Assembly: GCA_028534125.1 (NCBI GenBank)
Contig: CM052817.1
Location: forward strand, 30,878,001-30,942,000
Source of the DNA: Lama glama
Taxonomy: Eukaryota
Direction: 5' to 3'
DNA length: 64,000 nt
Part shown: one piece after another, positions 12,951 to 27,224 of the stretch
Numbering within the stretch: the stretch's first letter is position 1
Layout: each line of letters starts with the position of its first letter
The notes under the pieces: model-generated
Databases searched by the model: none
The model's input: the letters and a program-made list of their open reading frames with translations, nothing else
What the model was told of the DNA's origin: nothing
Translations under genes and position numbers: made by a program

Positions 12951-13265
12951 ATTGGAGGAAAATTAGAAGAAAAGAACATTTCTTGAGTTTCTGACTTATT
13001 ATATGGAAAAGTTTTAGTTGAATTATTCTTGGTATAAGCATGAGTGTTAGTGATTGAAAGTAAAAGTAAATGTCAAGAGCATTTATGAAAAATGAAACTA
13101 TAGCCATGAGTCTTAGGTTCAAATCCTGGCAACTTACTCTGTGATCTTGAGCAAGGCTGTCAATTTCTTCAGCAGTGAAATAAGGTGATAATAGTACCTA
13201 ACCTAAAGGTTGTTTGCAGATTAACTGAGATAAGCAATATAAGTTACTTTAAGAAGTGTCAGGCT

Positions 13266-14640
13266 TATGACAAAAAAGGCAAGAATATACAATGGAGAAA
13301 AGACTGTCTCTTTAATAAGTGGTACTGAGAAAACTGGACAGCTACACGTGAAAGAATGAGATTAGAACATTTCCTCACATCATATATAAAAATGAACTCA
13401 AAGTGGATTAAAGACCTAAATGTAACTCCTGAAACCATAAAACTCCTAGAAGAAAATATAAGCAGGACACTCTTTAACATAAATTGTAGCAACATTTTTT
13501 GGATATGTCTCCTAAGGCAAAAGAAATGAAAGCAAAAATAAACAAAGGGGACCTAGTTAAACTTAAAAGTTTTTGCACAGCAAAGGAAACCACTGACAAA
13601 ATGAAAAGACAGCCTATCGAATGGAAGAAAATATTTGTAAATTATATGACAGGTAAGGGGTTAAAATCCAAAATATATAAACAACTCACACAATTCAATA
13701 CCAAAAAAACAGACAATCCAATTTTTAAAAAGGACAGAAGGCCTGAATAAACATTTTTCCAAAGAAAACATACAAATGGCTAACTGGTATTTGAAAAGAT
13801 GCTCAATGTTTCCAATTATTAGAGAAAGGCAAATCAAAATCACATCACCTCACACCTGTCAGAATGACTATAATCAAAAAGCCCACAAATAACAAATATT
13901 GGCAAGCATATGGAGAAAAGGAAACCTTTGCATACTATTGGTAAGAATCTAAATTGGTGCAGCCACTAAGGAAAATAGCATGGAGTTTCCTCAAAAAACT
14001 AAAAATAGAAATACCATATGAACCAGCAATTCCACTTTTGGGTATATATCCCCCAGAAATGAAAACACTAATTTGAAAAGATACATGCACCCAAATGTTT
14101 GTAGCAGCATTATTTACAATAGCCAAGATATGGAAGCAACCCAAGTGTCCATCAACAGATGAGTGGATAAAGAAGATGTAGTATATATGTACAATGGAAT
14201 ATTACTCAGCCATAGAAAAGAATGAAATAAAGTCATTTGCAACAGCATGGAGGGACCTATAGAGTATTATGCTTAGTGAAATAAACCAGACAAAGAAAGA
14301 CAAATACTGTAGATTATCACTTACATATGGACTCTAAAACGTAAAACAAATGAATGTATATAACAAAACAGAAACAGACTCAGATATAGAAAACAAAATA
14401 GTGGATATCAGTGGGGAGATTGGAGAGGGAAGGGACAAAATAGAGGTATGAGATTAAGAGATACAAACTACTATATATAAAATAGTTAAACAACCAGAAT
14501 ATACCATATAGCACTGGGAAATATAGCTTTTATTTTGTAATAACTTTACATAGAGTATAATCTATAAAAATATTGAATCACTATGCTGTACTCCTAAAAC
14601 TAATATAATATTATAAATCAACTATACTTCAATATAAAAA
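13266..14640 (+). mobile_element. 5'-truncated L1 (ORF2 C-terminal remnant plus 3' UTR) inserted into a MIR
   Basis: ORF remnant DMSPKAKEMKAKINKGDLVKLKSFCTAKET matches L1 ORF2p. The 3' UTR ends aaatcaactatacttcaatataaaaa. A degenerate 17-bp TSD (13/17) sits at 13251-13267 and 14638-14654. Confidence 0.95.
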
Positions 14641-14742
14641 CAGTGTCAAGTTTATATTACAGTAAAAACTCCATAACTGTTGTTAAATTAATATTTTAAA
14701 AGTCCCAACTGTGAAGCCAGAGGACTAGAAGGTCATGCATCT

Positions 14743-14850
14743 TGTGGCAGACTGAATTATAACTCCCACAAAGATATCCAGATCCTAATCCTCATAACCT
14801 ATGAATACGTTACTTTACATGACAAAAGGTATTTTATGGATGGAATTTTA
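14743..14850 (+). mobile_element. MLT1 LTR 5' fragment
   Basis: tgtggcagactgaattataactcccacaaagatatccagatcctaatcc...tatgaatacgttactttacatg resembles the start of the LTR at 29353. Confidence 0.65.
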
Positions 14851-17800
14851 CAATTAATTGACAAACTTGATGTAAAACTCTACAAAGCAGGACTAAAGAA
14901 GAACTTTGCACCCAATGCATGTCTTTATGTCATTTTAGCGGTGTTTTCTCCTACACATTTAGTCATTTCTAATGACTAAATTTGGTTCAATATTCACCTT
15001 ACAAAATTCAGACTAGTCCTCAACACCCTACTATGTAGGCAAGAATATCTGTAAATTATATTTCCCTCCTTCCAAGCAGGAAATTATTTTTCCCTTTTCT
15101 CTTTGTAGGGTTTGTGTCACATAACCCCAAATTACTAATGTTAATATCCCTGTAGCATTAATGTTGCTTTTTCTAAGAAATTCTAAAGACCAGAGCTGAA
15201 GTGGTTTTCTCTTGTGAAGATCTTATAGCTAAAGCCAAAAAACAGCCATGCTTGGTATTTCCTCTTGTTTCTTGTCAGTTCTTTGAACCTAACTGCCCTA
15301 GAGACTGGACTGTAAAAGCTCAAAATAAACAATCTTATAATTAAAAAAGGTAGTCTTAGAGCAGACTGCCCCCAGAAGCTAAATAATACTTTTGAAGAAA
15401 AGAGATAATTGGTTTCAGAAATACTTAATCAAAAAAATATAAAACAACAGTACTTGGTAAGAGGTGTCAGATGGTAATATTTAAGAATGGACAACAGAGT
15501 TTGGAGATTAGCATCCCATGAAATAAGGGTCTCCACCATCAGCTTGTATGGTCTGCCTCTTTTTAGAAATGTCTTGCAAAACTTCCAATACAATGTGAAT
15601 GTAGCTACAGAGAAGATTTCATCCTAGGTTCTGAAATTAAAGTGGCCTAGTTTTTTTTAATTGAGATTATAAAAATAAACAATGTACAGTAGAACTTCAG
15701 AATCTGCACAGCATAGGGGTTGTAGCTGACTGGTGTGCTGTGTGCACTACCATCAAAGACCCTTGACTTACATGAGGGACATACATAATAGCTTGTTTCT
15801 CTAGACCACATTCCCTTAAGAGTCTCCAGTTTACTAGGAATAGCTTCCTGACATGACTATAATTAGTTTTAGCTCTTATTTATACAGATTTTCTTTTACT
15901 GCCTGGGAACTCACTAGTAGAGCTTTAAAGTCAATGGTTGCATTTCCATCTACAGCATATGAAGGATTATTTCACACCTTATTTATCAGCATCCTGTTAA
16001 TTCTACATTTCTCTTTCAGTTTATCCAAAGCATTGACTATTCAGGTCCCCACCATTACGTTCTTAGACCTCCTTGCTTTCTCTTCATTTCCATCACCAGC
16101 ACCAACAGTGGAAGGTTATGTTGCACAGGGGTTAAGGGTTGGTCTCTAGCATCAAACTGCCTAAGTTCTAATTCCTCCTCTTGCATTTCCTGACTGTATG
16201 ACTTGCGGCCAATTCGCTAGATCTTTTTCCTCCTCAGGTTCTTCACGTCTGAAATAACACCAACCTCTTAAATGAGATGTACAACATCATAATACACCTG
16301 GTACATAATTTTAAAGTATTTAATTTCTTTAGGGGTCCATTTTCCACCCACCACCCCTGCAAATAGACTTTCTTTACTTCAAAGAACATAGTACTTTGCA
16401 TTGAGAGTCAATTGCTTGGAAAAGGGAGGAAGTAGGTCAATTAGTCGTAGTTACTACTTAATTTACAACATACATGATTTAAATTTGTGCCTGAGCTAAA
16501 TTAGAAATTAGCAACATGTGTAAATTCTTATCATATTGGGAAAAAGTCAAATTCCAAGTTACTAAATCCATAAAAACCTTTTCCATGAAATACAGGGAAT
16601 AATCTTACTCTTTGATCTATGGGGTATACCAGTGTAGGGCGCAGGGACATGGTCCATTGATTAATGCCCTTCTCCCAGCCTAGATAGTTTCCATTCACAA
16701 CCAGTAATTCCTGCCTTCACAGACTAACAAATACATTGTATCTTCCCTGAAGCCTACACAAATGACATCAAAGGGACATCATTTTGCCTACTTTGAAGTG
16801 CATACATCATCATATTTGTGCCGTTAATTGGGAATTTATATCTTGTTTACATTTTATTTATTCACATATGTATATGTGATATTTCTAATAATGTTATATT
16901 CCTGCTACCACCCTTCAACAACTCTCTATCGTCTGCAAAATGAAGTCCATGTTTCCATACAAAGTGCTTGCTTCCTATGTTTATCTCCTGCCCTTCTTTG
17001 GCAAAGGCCTTGAGTTCCACCTGAACCAGAATTTTTCGAGTTCCCTGATGTAGTGTGCATCTACTGTATTCAAATGTACCTAAAGATAAGAAAACAAACA
17101 AGATAGATGAAACTCATAAGAAGTATTGAGCATGAATAGTAAATCAAGCCAGTAGTTTATGAGGTAAAGGCAACATTTATAGGATAGTTAAGTACAGATA
17201 ATGAATAAGCAAGTCACTTGTGAAACAGGCAGAATTCATAAGATGCACTTGATGCAGACAATAAACAAGTAAAATGGATGACACCTCCAAAGAAAAAGTA
17301 GAGAAATATGTTGGAATAAGAGTGTTACTTACAGATAGAAATGGATAGAAAGAGCAAAGTCTTAATCATCATTTGACAACTACAATGCCCCCAAATTAGG
17401 CCATCCATTAGTAACACCCAAAAACTCCTGTCCTGGCCCCACATGTGCTCTACCCAAGAAATACAAATAAAACCCATGGTTGTTCAAGGAGCTAATTGCC
17501 AAGATCTAGCTTTGTTTGGACATAACCACAGAGAAATATATGTCCTCTATCTCCCCCTACATCTCACTGGCCCAGAGTACCTTCTGCAGACCACCTTGCT
17601 TCAACCTCAACTCTGCTCCTCATAATCACACCATCAGTGGGGACATCCGAGGTGGCAGAGAGAGGGAGGATGTAGGAACACTGTATGCCCCCTAACACAG
17701 GTGGTGAGATTCTTACACCTACTTGCACTCTGTCTTGAGTGTAGGTTGCCCCATCCCTTTCCCCTTGTTTTGCTTTGCTTGTTTGTTTGTTTGTTTTTAT

Positions 17801-18094
17801 TGTATTTTTAATTGCCTTACTATGTCATGTGATTCAAATATTTTAACTTAGCTGTTCCATAACCTCTGGAAGTTTTGCTTGTTAATATATTTGGAAGCAT
17901 GGAGATAATTTCTCACATGACATCTGATCATATTACATTCTTTAATATGCTTTTGTGCATGTTGTATTCTACATTCCTAGAATGCTGTCCCCCATGTCTT
18001 TCCATGAATAATGACTTATGCTTTAAAACCCAGATCATACTGGCCCCACTTTTAAGCTCTTTCCAGATCTGCTTTTTGTTTCAGCACCGCACCT

Positions 18095-18668
18095 TGTGTT
18101 AGACAGCCTCTAAAATAGATCTCAATGAGTCCCACTTCCCAGTAATTCATGCCATGTGTAATTCCCTTCCCTTGAGTGTGACCATACCTAGTGACTCATT
18201 TCATAGGTATAGAATATAGCAAAAGTGATATGATGTTACTTCTGAGATTAGGATTCCAAAAGAATTGTTTCTGCTTAGCTGGTCCTTTCTTGTTATTTCT
18301 CACTTGCTCTAAGGGAAACCAGTTGAGAGTTGTCCTATGGAAATGCCTTGTGACAAAGAACTGAGGGAGAGCTCCAACCAGCATCCAGCAAGGACTGGAT
18401 ATGCTCCAACAGCATGTGAGGAACTGAATCCTACTAACAACATTTGAATGAGCTTAGGAGTGGATCCTCCCTCTGCTGAGGCTTCAAATAAGACCACAGT
18501 CCCAGCAAACACCTTGATTGCAATCTTTTGAAAAGCCTAGAGGCAGAGACACCAAACTACATTAAGCACAGATTTCTGGCCCACAAAATCTATGTGGTAG
18601 TAAATGTTTATTGTTTCAAAAAAACTGTTTTGGAGTAACTTGTTATGCAGCAGTAGATGGCTAATACA
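18095..18668 (+). mobile_element. MaLR LTR (MLT1E/F-like)
   Basis: TG start, gaactgaatcctactaacaac...gagcttaggagtggatcct core, ends gttatgcagcagtagatggctaataca. Confidence 0.85.
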
Positions 18669-20943
18669 TTTCCCATAGACACATCTACTCTAATACCAAT
18701 CACAGAGCACTGGTGAGATATGTCTGTCCAATCCATGATATTATTTGTACCTTTATGATAGGACTTGTATCTTAGTGATATTTTTGTAGGGTGTAACAGC
18801 TCCTGGAATGTATTAGGCCCATGACTGAGATGTTTAGTGATTTGGAAGCTCCTTGCAGTAACTAATTTAATCATCATTTTAATAGAAAGCTTTTAAGCCC
18901 TTGCCCTTCGAGGTAATTTTCTAAACCCTTTACAAGGTTATTATTTTATCTAATCCTAATATTAACCCATTTTAGGAAGAAGGAAACTGAGTCACAGAGA
19001 AGTCAGGTAACTTGTAACTTGCCAACATCAATAGCTAAAGAAGCCTGGTTCCAAACACAGGCAATCTACATAGAACCCACATTCTCATTACAAAGACTAC
19101 ATCAATATCTTACATTTCTAATATTACATACACCTTACATATATCTTAAATGTTTTTGTTCCACACACATTCTCCAGCACAGTGCCTCACATAGAAAGGA
19201 CTGATAAATATGAGTGAGTGAGTGAAGAAATCAGTACCAGAGATTTTTTGTTCTGGCTGAGCTTTTACCTTCTGAGCCAAGGAGACAAGTACATCAGCAA
19301 AGGAGGAATTCTCTGACTCTTCCCCGAGGATCCATTATCATCAGTGATGATGTGAAGCAGAGCCCATCGGTCCACAGAGACCCTTTCAATTCCCTATTCT
19401 GTCTAAGTGAAAACTAGAGAAATGCTGCATTTTCACAAGCCTGTATTTCTGTCAGCTTTCCATTTTGAAACTATTATTTTAAATGAGCTCATTGTATCTG
19501 GAATAAAATCCAACTGGCAAATAGCAATCTCATTGCTTCACAGTTATAAGGCAAATCTGAAATGGGGGAAATCACAAATCAAAGACTTTTCCACTGTTGT
19601 TAGAGGTTGGGGAAATTTCTCATAGATTATTACAGACCAAATGATGTGAACAGCCTACGCATTCTGTTCTCAACCTTCAATCTGCAGTCTGCAGTCTGGG
19701 AACATTAGTTAGACTCCATCACATGGAATTCCTTTTCTATTGCTCTTTTAGCTGCACTCTCTATGGTAAATTGGCCACTGCCTAAAATGGAATATGCCTT
19801 ATTTTTAGGAGTTAATCTACCAATTATAGATTCAACTATCGAAATTGTAGAGGAATGCATGTGAGCAGTGGAAGCCCCACTGAGCTATACGACAGTTTAC
19901 CAGCCTTCCTGCCTCTCTGGGTAGACTAGGTTGATGAGTTAAATCAAAGCAAGAGACAAACTCCCTGAAAACCTGACCCTCCCAATGCCACAATTATTTT
20001 TTTGCCTTGAGATTTTTATAGACCCCCTACCTTTAAACTATGTTACAGCTTTACCCTACTCAGAAGTAGAAATGAGATAAAATGAATACTAGGAGTATTC
20101 AGGGAATGAGTAACTTCAGAAAATGGGACTTGGTTGTGCTGAGATTAGGAGGATCTCACAATGAGGTGTATGGCCTCTGAACACAATGGGAGATGCTGAA
20201 AAATTATCATCTCTACTTCACAGTTTTGTCCAGAGGTAGATCTCTATAGAATCTGTGGGACCAGAATGAGACCTTACTCTATAGAAAATGCTAGATTAAA
20301 AATAATGAAAGAAGACTGTGGAAAAGTAAACAATTTAAATAATACCTGAAATTATGACTGACAATCCTATACTGTTGTTGCTTAATATCTTCAGACAAAG
20401 TACCATCAGGACTCTGATAAAACTAGGAAAAGTTGAGAGAGCTATTTGATAAGAATTTTGAGTAGTGTTTCTCCTGAAGTTAATATACATTATGAAAAGG
20501 AAGAGTATTAACAAATTTCCACAGATTTTCCATAAAGCATACACTTTCTGAAATATTTATATTAATAATACTTAACCCATACAAATTTAATTGGGGGCAG
20601 GTGAGTATATCCTCTTACTTGACAACTCTTCACATGCAATTCTTACAAAATTAATCTGCAATTTTTTTCAAGGGCCCTCTGGGAAAACCAAAAGGTAGTT
20701 TTGCAAGTCAAAGATTAGACATAGAAAATGTAAATATAGACTTTTTTTGCATTATATAAAAGACATTAACCAGTACGTCAAGTAAGCAAAGCTTTCAAGA
20801 TCAGTCAAACTTTGCTTAAATTTTAAAACATCTCATAACTTATTTTCAGACTCAAGTATTATAAATCAAGGTGAATAAAATTCACTTTCCAAGTTTGTCA
20901 TGCTTTTTCATATTCTGGAACACACCTACACTTCACTTTAGTA

Positions 20944-21152
20944 CAGTGGTTCTTTATCAGAGTGTCCTTGCAGCCAGAACTATGTTCATGTTAACATGAA
21001 GATGTTAACATGCAATGCAGTCAGCATTGCTCTCTTAAAATAAATCAATAAATACATACTAAAAATTTCTTAGTTATAATTTCAATATGGTGAATATTGA
21101 TGAAATTTAAGAGTGTAAATGGGTCAGGAGACCAAAAAATTTGATTGCCATG
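20944..21152. mobile_element. Charlie1-like hAT deletion fragment
   Basis: cagtggttctc start and aagagtgtaaatgggtcaggagaccaaaaaatttga end motif. Confidence 0.5.
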
Positions 21153-21216
21153 GCTCTAGGATAAAACTTTTTTTTTTCTAGAATAATAAAGACACACAAA
21201 TACAAGTGTATTCCTT

Positions 21217-21695
21217 TTTTTTTTCTTGTCTTTATTGAGGTATAGTTGATTTACAATGTTTAGTTTCTGGTGTACAGCAGAGTGATTCAGATGTATATAC
21301 ATATATATATATATTTCTTCAGATTCTTTTCTATTATAGATTATTACAAGATATTAAATGTAGCTCCCTATGCTATACAGTAGGTCCTTGTTGTTTATGT
21401 ATTTTATATATCTGCAAATCCCAAACTCCTAATTTATCCCTCCCTTCCTTCCCTTCTGATAACCATTAAGTTTGTTTTCTATGTCTGTGAGACAATTTCT
21501 GGTTTGTAAATAAGTTTATTTGTATCATTTTTTTAGATTACACAAATAAGTGATATCATATATTTGTCTTTCTCTGACTTACTTCACTTAGTATGATAAT
21601 CTCTAGGTCCACCCATGTTGCTGCAAATGACATTATTTCTTTCTTTTAATGCCTGAGTAGTATTCCATTGTGTGTGTGCGTATGCATGTACATGT

Positions 21696-21730
<35 letters not shown>

Positions 21731-22223
21731 CCACACCTACTTTATCCAATCATCTGTTGATGGACATTTAGGCCAAATTCCATGTCTTAGCTGTTGTAAA
21801 TAGCACTGCTATGAACATTGGGGTACATGTATATTTTTGAATTAGAGTTTTCTCTGGATATGTTCCCAGGAGTGGGATTGCTGGATCATATGGCAACTCT
21901 ATTTTTAATTTTTTTAAAGAACCTTCATATTGTTCTCTAGTGATTGCACCAAACTGCATTCCCACCAAAAGTGTAGGAGGGTTCCCATTTTCTTTATACC
22001 TTCTCCAGCCTTTATTATTTGTAGACTTTTTGATGACAGCCATTCTGACTGGTGTGAAATGATACTTCATTGTAATTTTGATTTGCATTTTTCTAATAAT
22101 TAGCAATATTGAGCATCTTTTCATGTGCCTGTTGTCCATCTGTATATCTTCTTTGGAGAAATGTCTATTTAAATATTCTGTCCATTTTTTGATTAGGTTG
22201 TTGGGTTTTTTCCACATTGAGCT
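21217..22223 (-). mobile_element. 5'-truncated L1 (ORF2 C-terminus plus 3' UTR)
   Basis: [20 protein letters not shown]...[13 protein letters not shown], poly(T) at the left end, and a 17-bp TSD atacaagtgtattYctt (21200-21216, 22224-22240). Confidence 0.96.
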
Positions 22224-25200
22224 ATACAAGTGTATTTCTTTGTCACTCTTATTTCTAAAATAGTCTTAGTTAGTCCTACAAATTATGGCTTTTAACCAAA
22301 GAGATGAAATTGTATTTCACAAATAAAAGTAAGGAGTGGAAAATTGACAGCTGTCTTTAGTACAAAAGTATTTCAGCAGACTAGTATAGCTTATGAACAC
22401 ATATAACACAGCTTTTTACAAACATACACATCCTTCTAACATCTCTTAGAGTGGCAAAAATAAACACATTCATTAACATCCCCGAAGCTATAGCCACAAA
22501 AAAAATAGGACACAAAGGTGCATAAATTGAAAATGATGCTTAGTAATCAATGTTTAAGTATTTACTTAGAAATTATCTAGGTAACCAATGATTATCCATT
22601 AATTAGCTCTAATTAAAATCAGTCCAAGCTTTTAAGCTAGATATCATCAAGTTTAAATTATCTTCAAGATGAAATATTACAACACATAATTACTGTTGAA
22701 GCAAAGTTTATCAGAATAATAATTCAATTTATTTGAAAAAATTTACATTTTTTATAATCTTAAATATTTTGTAGTATTAATGTTAGCATATTTGATCAGT
22801 AAACCTGTATAAATTTAGAGGAAGCAAACCAAAGTAGAGTAAAATGTATGCTTGTATTATTCTTAATATTGATAAATCAGAAAAGACATGGCTGTTTTAT
22901 ATTAAGCCAAAATTATTCAGCTAGGTCCATTTACAAAAGATTTATCTTAATTAAGTGAACTTGGATTCTTAAAATGTTTCTAAGTTAGTTTTTATAAGAA
23001 AAGATTTTAAGTCTAGAACAATTAAAATATTGGAAGTACAGTTTTCCTTATTTTGGGGGGAATTTAGAAGTATTTGATTTTTATTAGCACTTATTTATGT
23101 AAATAAAACAACTAGAACAGAGCACCATAATATTAAAATTATAATCTAATTTATTAATACTGTCATGAAATGAGAGATAAAGACCTTTCTGAATTATAGA
23201 GATAAAATGTTTATAAATTCTGATGTGCATTTTTGCCTCACATTGAGAGTAAATATAGAAACACAAAAATTCATGGTCCAGATATCAAACAGTTGCTTTC
23301 CGTTCCAGCAGGCACAAGATTCTTAATTGACCTGAGCTCAAAATGAAAAATAGATAAAACAAAACAAAAAAAAAGACCAACAAACCAGTCTCTGTTGTCT
23401 GTCATCCAACAGCGTATAGAATTCTAACTCTATTGTCCATTAACCTATTTACAGAAATCATTAAGTGGTCAGACCATGAAACCAAATGCTCAGTCATTGC
23501 TGTCACCGGTGGGTAGTAACTCACTTGTCGTAGGCAAACCAAAAATAAAAACAAAACAAAAAATCAGTGGATGAGGAAAAAAGAGTCAGCGAAGTTATAT
23601 TTTTGGTTGTCACCTTAAAATGAATCAACAATTACGTATTTCACTCCTGAGAACTGAGAAAAGACGTGCCTGAACTTAAGTAGCCTGTAAGGTACACCTC
23701 GGGCAACATATTTTTCCGGCCTCTGTTAGGGAAATCTATTGGTCATCTTGATAGAATTACCCCCAAAACTGTTAAAGGGCAATTATTTTTAAAAGATTAA
23801 ATCATGTAAAATTATAAAATACACATATGTCAAAATTTTCAAGAACTCATTAATTAAGAGAGGACTAATGAGATGTTATAACCAGTTCAAAGGAGAATCC
23901 AAGGAGTAGATACACTGAAAAGACATAGCACAATGAAACTAACTCACAAATAGATGCAAACTGTCAAAACTGGCCAGTAGCCACAGGGTAGTATCAATTA
24001 CCATTGCAATTCTACAGGTAAGAATCGTTTGCATTACTATCAGTTTCCCACGGTGCACAGAATTGCAAAATATCTCTTAGACAATGAAAGGTGAGATAAT
24101 CCTGACCGCTAGACAAGACATCTAGTAATCTTCCCAGGTCATTTCAAAATCTTCCAGTTTTCTCTGCAAAATGAGAGGTAAAGTCCTTTCTGACTTACAG
24201 ATACAAATTCACATAGAATGATAATAAATTTAGATCAACACTTTTGCCATAGGTCAAGAGTAAACTTAGAAACACCAAACTATGATCCTAATACATTTCC
24301 CTCTGCCAATATGAAAAATTTCTCTTTTCACCCCAAAACAATCCCCAACACACAGTAATACTGAGAAGACTTGCTGAGACATATATATGCAAGGTGCCTG
24401 GTGCTGTTCCTTCCACTCTCATATTTCTAGTTGCACTATTAAATATCACATAAAATGTTCTCTATTAATATAGCAATTTATCTGTAGAAAACCTGAATGT
24501 GAAATTTTAAGAAATGATTAAGAAAGAGTTGTTATTTATACTTTCTTCTATCCAATACCTTTCATTTACATAAGTGATATTTTAAGTTGTAAATGTTTTC
24601 AAATGTACTATTTACTGTAATATTATTGATGATTAATAGTACAAAATTCATAAATATTAAGCCAATAAACTGCATTCAAATGTTTAAAATATGCAAAATT
24701 CAAGAATCCTTTACTATGAGGCATCATGTTATTTAAACCCAAATTATTATGTATATGAAAATTCAAAATTAGGTTCTATATGATTTTTGCATGATATTTT
24801 CTTAATAAATAATCAGAATTTAAGAATAAGATTTATTGGGTGCAGCACTTTGAATTTGCTCAGTGGGATAATGGTCTCTACTAAAATGTAGTTCTAATTT
24901 ACACAGCTTCTGTGTAAGAGGACAGCACCATTTGTTTATTCTTTAAACAAAGTACTAAAACAGTCTTTTGTTCAGAGTAATTAATTACCAGAGTTAATTG
25001 GAACATTCAGGTTTTCCATAAACCTGAAAATGGTCATAACGAATTTCATTATTCTCAAGGGTAATGGTTAGAGAAATCACTTTATGTTCAGTGCGACATA
25101 GGCAAAGTGCTATATATCATTTCCCTTGTTTAGTAAAATATATTTTGACTTCAGGAATCCATATAAGTGCACATGTAAACTTTTTGAATAAAGTATATTT

Positions 25201-26299
25201 AAAGGGGTTTTTATTTTGTTAATTTTTTATTTGCAGGGTGGTGACAGAAAAGGAAAGATGAGAAGAAATGCACTATTATTTACTCTGAATTTCTAGTGAC
25301 TAAAACTTTGTGTTAAAAAGGAAGGACTACTCTAAAAAAGCAGATAATTCACAGAATTTCTGTGAATTCTGTAATTTGCTTACATCTGCCTTAATTTAAT
25401 GATGCTTCAAGCAGCTTCATGACCCTAGAAATTATCTACCTGACAGTAGCCTGTGGCTGTTTTTTTAGCAACTGCACCCAAGATGATTTTTTTATAAGAA
25501 ATTGAATTGGGTGGAGGAATGAATCTTTATCCTAACTCTTTATTCCAAGCAACACTGGAGTAGTTTTTTTTTTTTAATAAAGAAATAACACTGATCTTTT
25601 TCTGTCTTCTTTAAGGAAGTAAAGATTTCAGTGTTTCCTTAAGTTATACATTAATGCCATTAATTTGCACATCAATTCTATGCCAGACAATGGGTTAGAC
25701 ACTGCTAAATGATTCATTGCAAGATTATTTCTCTTGTGGTATTTACCATCTATTCAAGCAGCACACAATATCATGTAATCAAACAAATTTATTGTTGCAA
25801 ATAGTGATGAGAATTATAAGGAGGTATATATCCGTTTCAAACACGAAGATCCATCTATGTTGATAGATTTCTTGACTGAAAGACTCATGTCAGAAGATTA
25901 TGATGATTGTCCACTGTTAAATACCAATTAGGTATAGAATCAGTGTGAGGGACAGAGAAGTTTTGTGTTCCTTTCCCTTTTTGTTTTTAGTAATTCTGGA
26001 ATAGGGGACAGGAAGATGGCTATATCCAGTTAAAAACAACATTTAGAATAAAAATGTAAGTGGGTTATTCGAGGACTTATCTGTTTATGTGAGGATATCA
26101 AATTGAAGTCATGGAGAGATTTAAAATAGGTTAACACATTGCCCTATTTGCTTTATCTTTCTTTAAAGAAAGAATGACAGAAATATGGACAAAGGAAGGG
26201 AAGAGAAAGGAAGGAAAGGAGGGAGGGAGGAGAGGAAGGCTGGGAAACAGAGAAGGAAGGAAAGATACCAGGAATAGGTGGAGAATTTTCAAAGATGAC

Positions 26300-26660
26300 A
26301 GCAGCACCATCACTATCCCATCCTCTCTCTTTTCCTCTACCTCTCCCTCCCCAGATGCAGCTACCGTGCCAAAATTGCTACATGTCATTTCAATGTATAT
26401 TTTTTTTGATTTTCTACACATACACACAAGTGTGATTTCCTAAGCCATGAAATTCTGTCACGTAAACTTTTTAAAAATGTAGCTTTGTGTAGGCATTCTT
26501 TCTAGTCTTTTGTTTTTCCACACAACACTATGTGAGGTAAGCCCATGTTAATACATGTAGATCTAGTTCATTCATTTCAACTGCTGTTAAGTAGCCCATT
26601 GTAGATACACCAGAGTATCGATTTTGCTTTGCTGGACTGTTGCATTTTTTACCTGTTTCT
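26300..26660 (-). mobile_element. Ancient L1ME 3' fragment
   Basis: catgttaatacatgtagatctagttcattcatttcaactgctg motif. Confidence 0.5.
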
Positions 26661-26677
26661 GCTCTTACAAGGAGTTC

Positions 26678-27224
26678 TTTTTTTTTATTGAAGTATAGTC
26701 AGTTTACAATGTGTCAATTGCTGGTGTACAGCATAATTTTTCAGTCATTCATATATTCCTTTTCATATTCTTTTTCATTATAGGTTACTACAAGATATTG
26801 AATATAGTTCCCTGAGCTATACAGTAGAAACTTGTTGTTTATCTATTTTACATATAGTAATTAGTATCTACAAATCTCTAACTCCCATTTTATCCCTTCC
26901 TACCTCCTTTTCCCCCTGGTAACCATAAGTTTGTTTTCTATGTCTGTGAGTCTGTCTCTGTTTTGTAAATAAGTTTATTTGTGTCCTTTTTTTTTTTTAG
27001 ATTGCACATAGAAGTAATATCATATGGTATTTTTCATTCTCTTTCTGTTACTTCACTTAGAATGATGATCTCCAGGTCCATACATGCTGCTGCAAATGGC
27101 ATTATTTTATTCTTTTTATGGCTAAGTACTATTCCATTATAATATACATAACTTCCTTATCCAGTCATCTGTCAATGGGCATTTAGGTTGTTTCCATGTC
27201 TTGGTTATTGTAAATAGTAATGCT
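26678..27224 (-). mobile_element. L1 3' UTR fragment of a lineage-specific subfamily
   Basis: poly(T) followed by tattgaagtatagtcagtttacaatg; closely similar to the copy at 30349. Confidence 0.92.

Noticed and set aside
13265..14144. ORFs with protein-like sequence, also at 21768-22263, 30671-31115 and 63290-63496
   Set aside because: Frameshifted L1 ORF2 remnants or their antisense frames, not host genes
26131..26443. Charged or hydrophobic ORFs on both strands
   Set aside because: Translation of low-complexity purine and pyrimidine tracts
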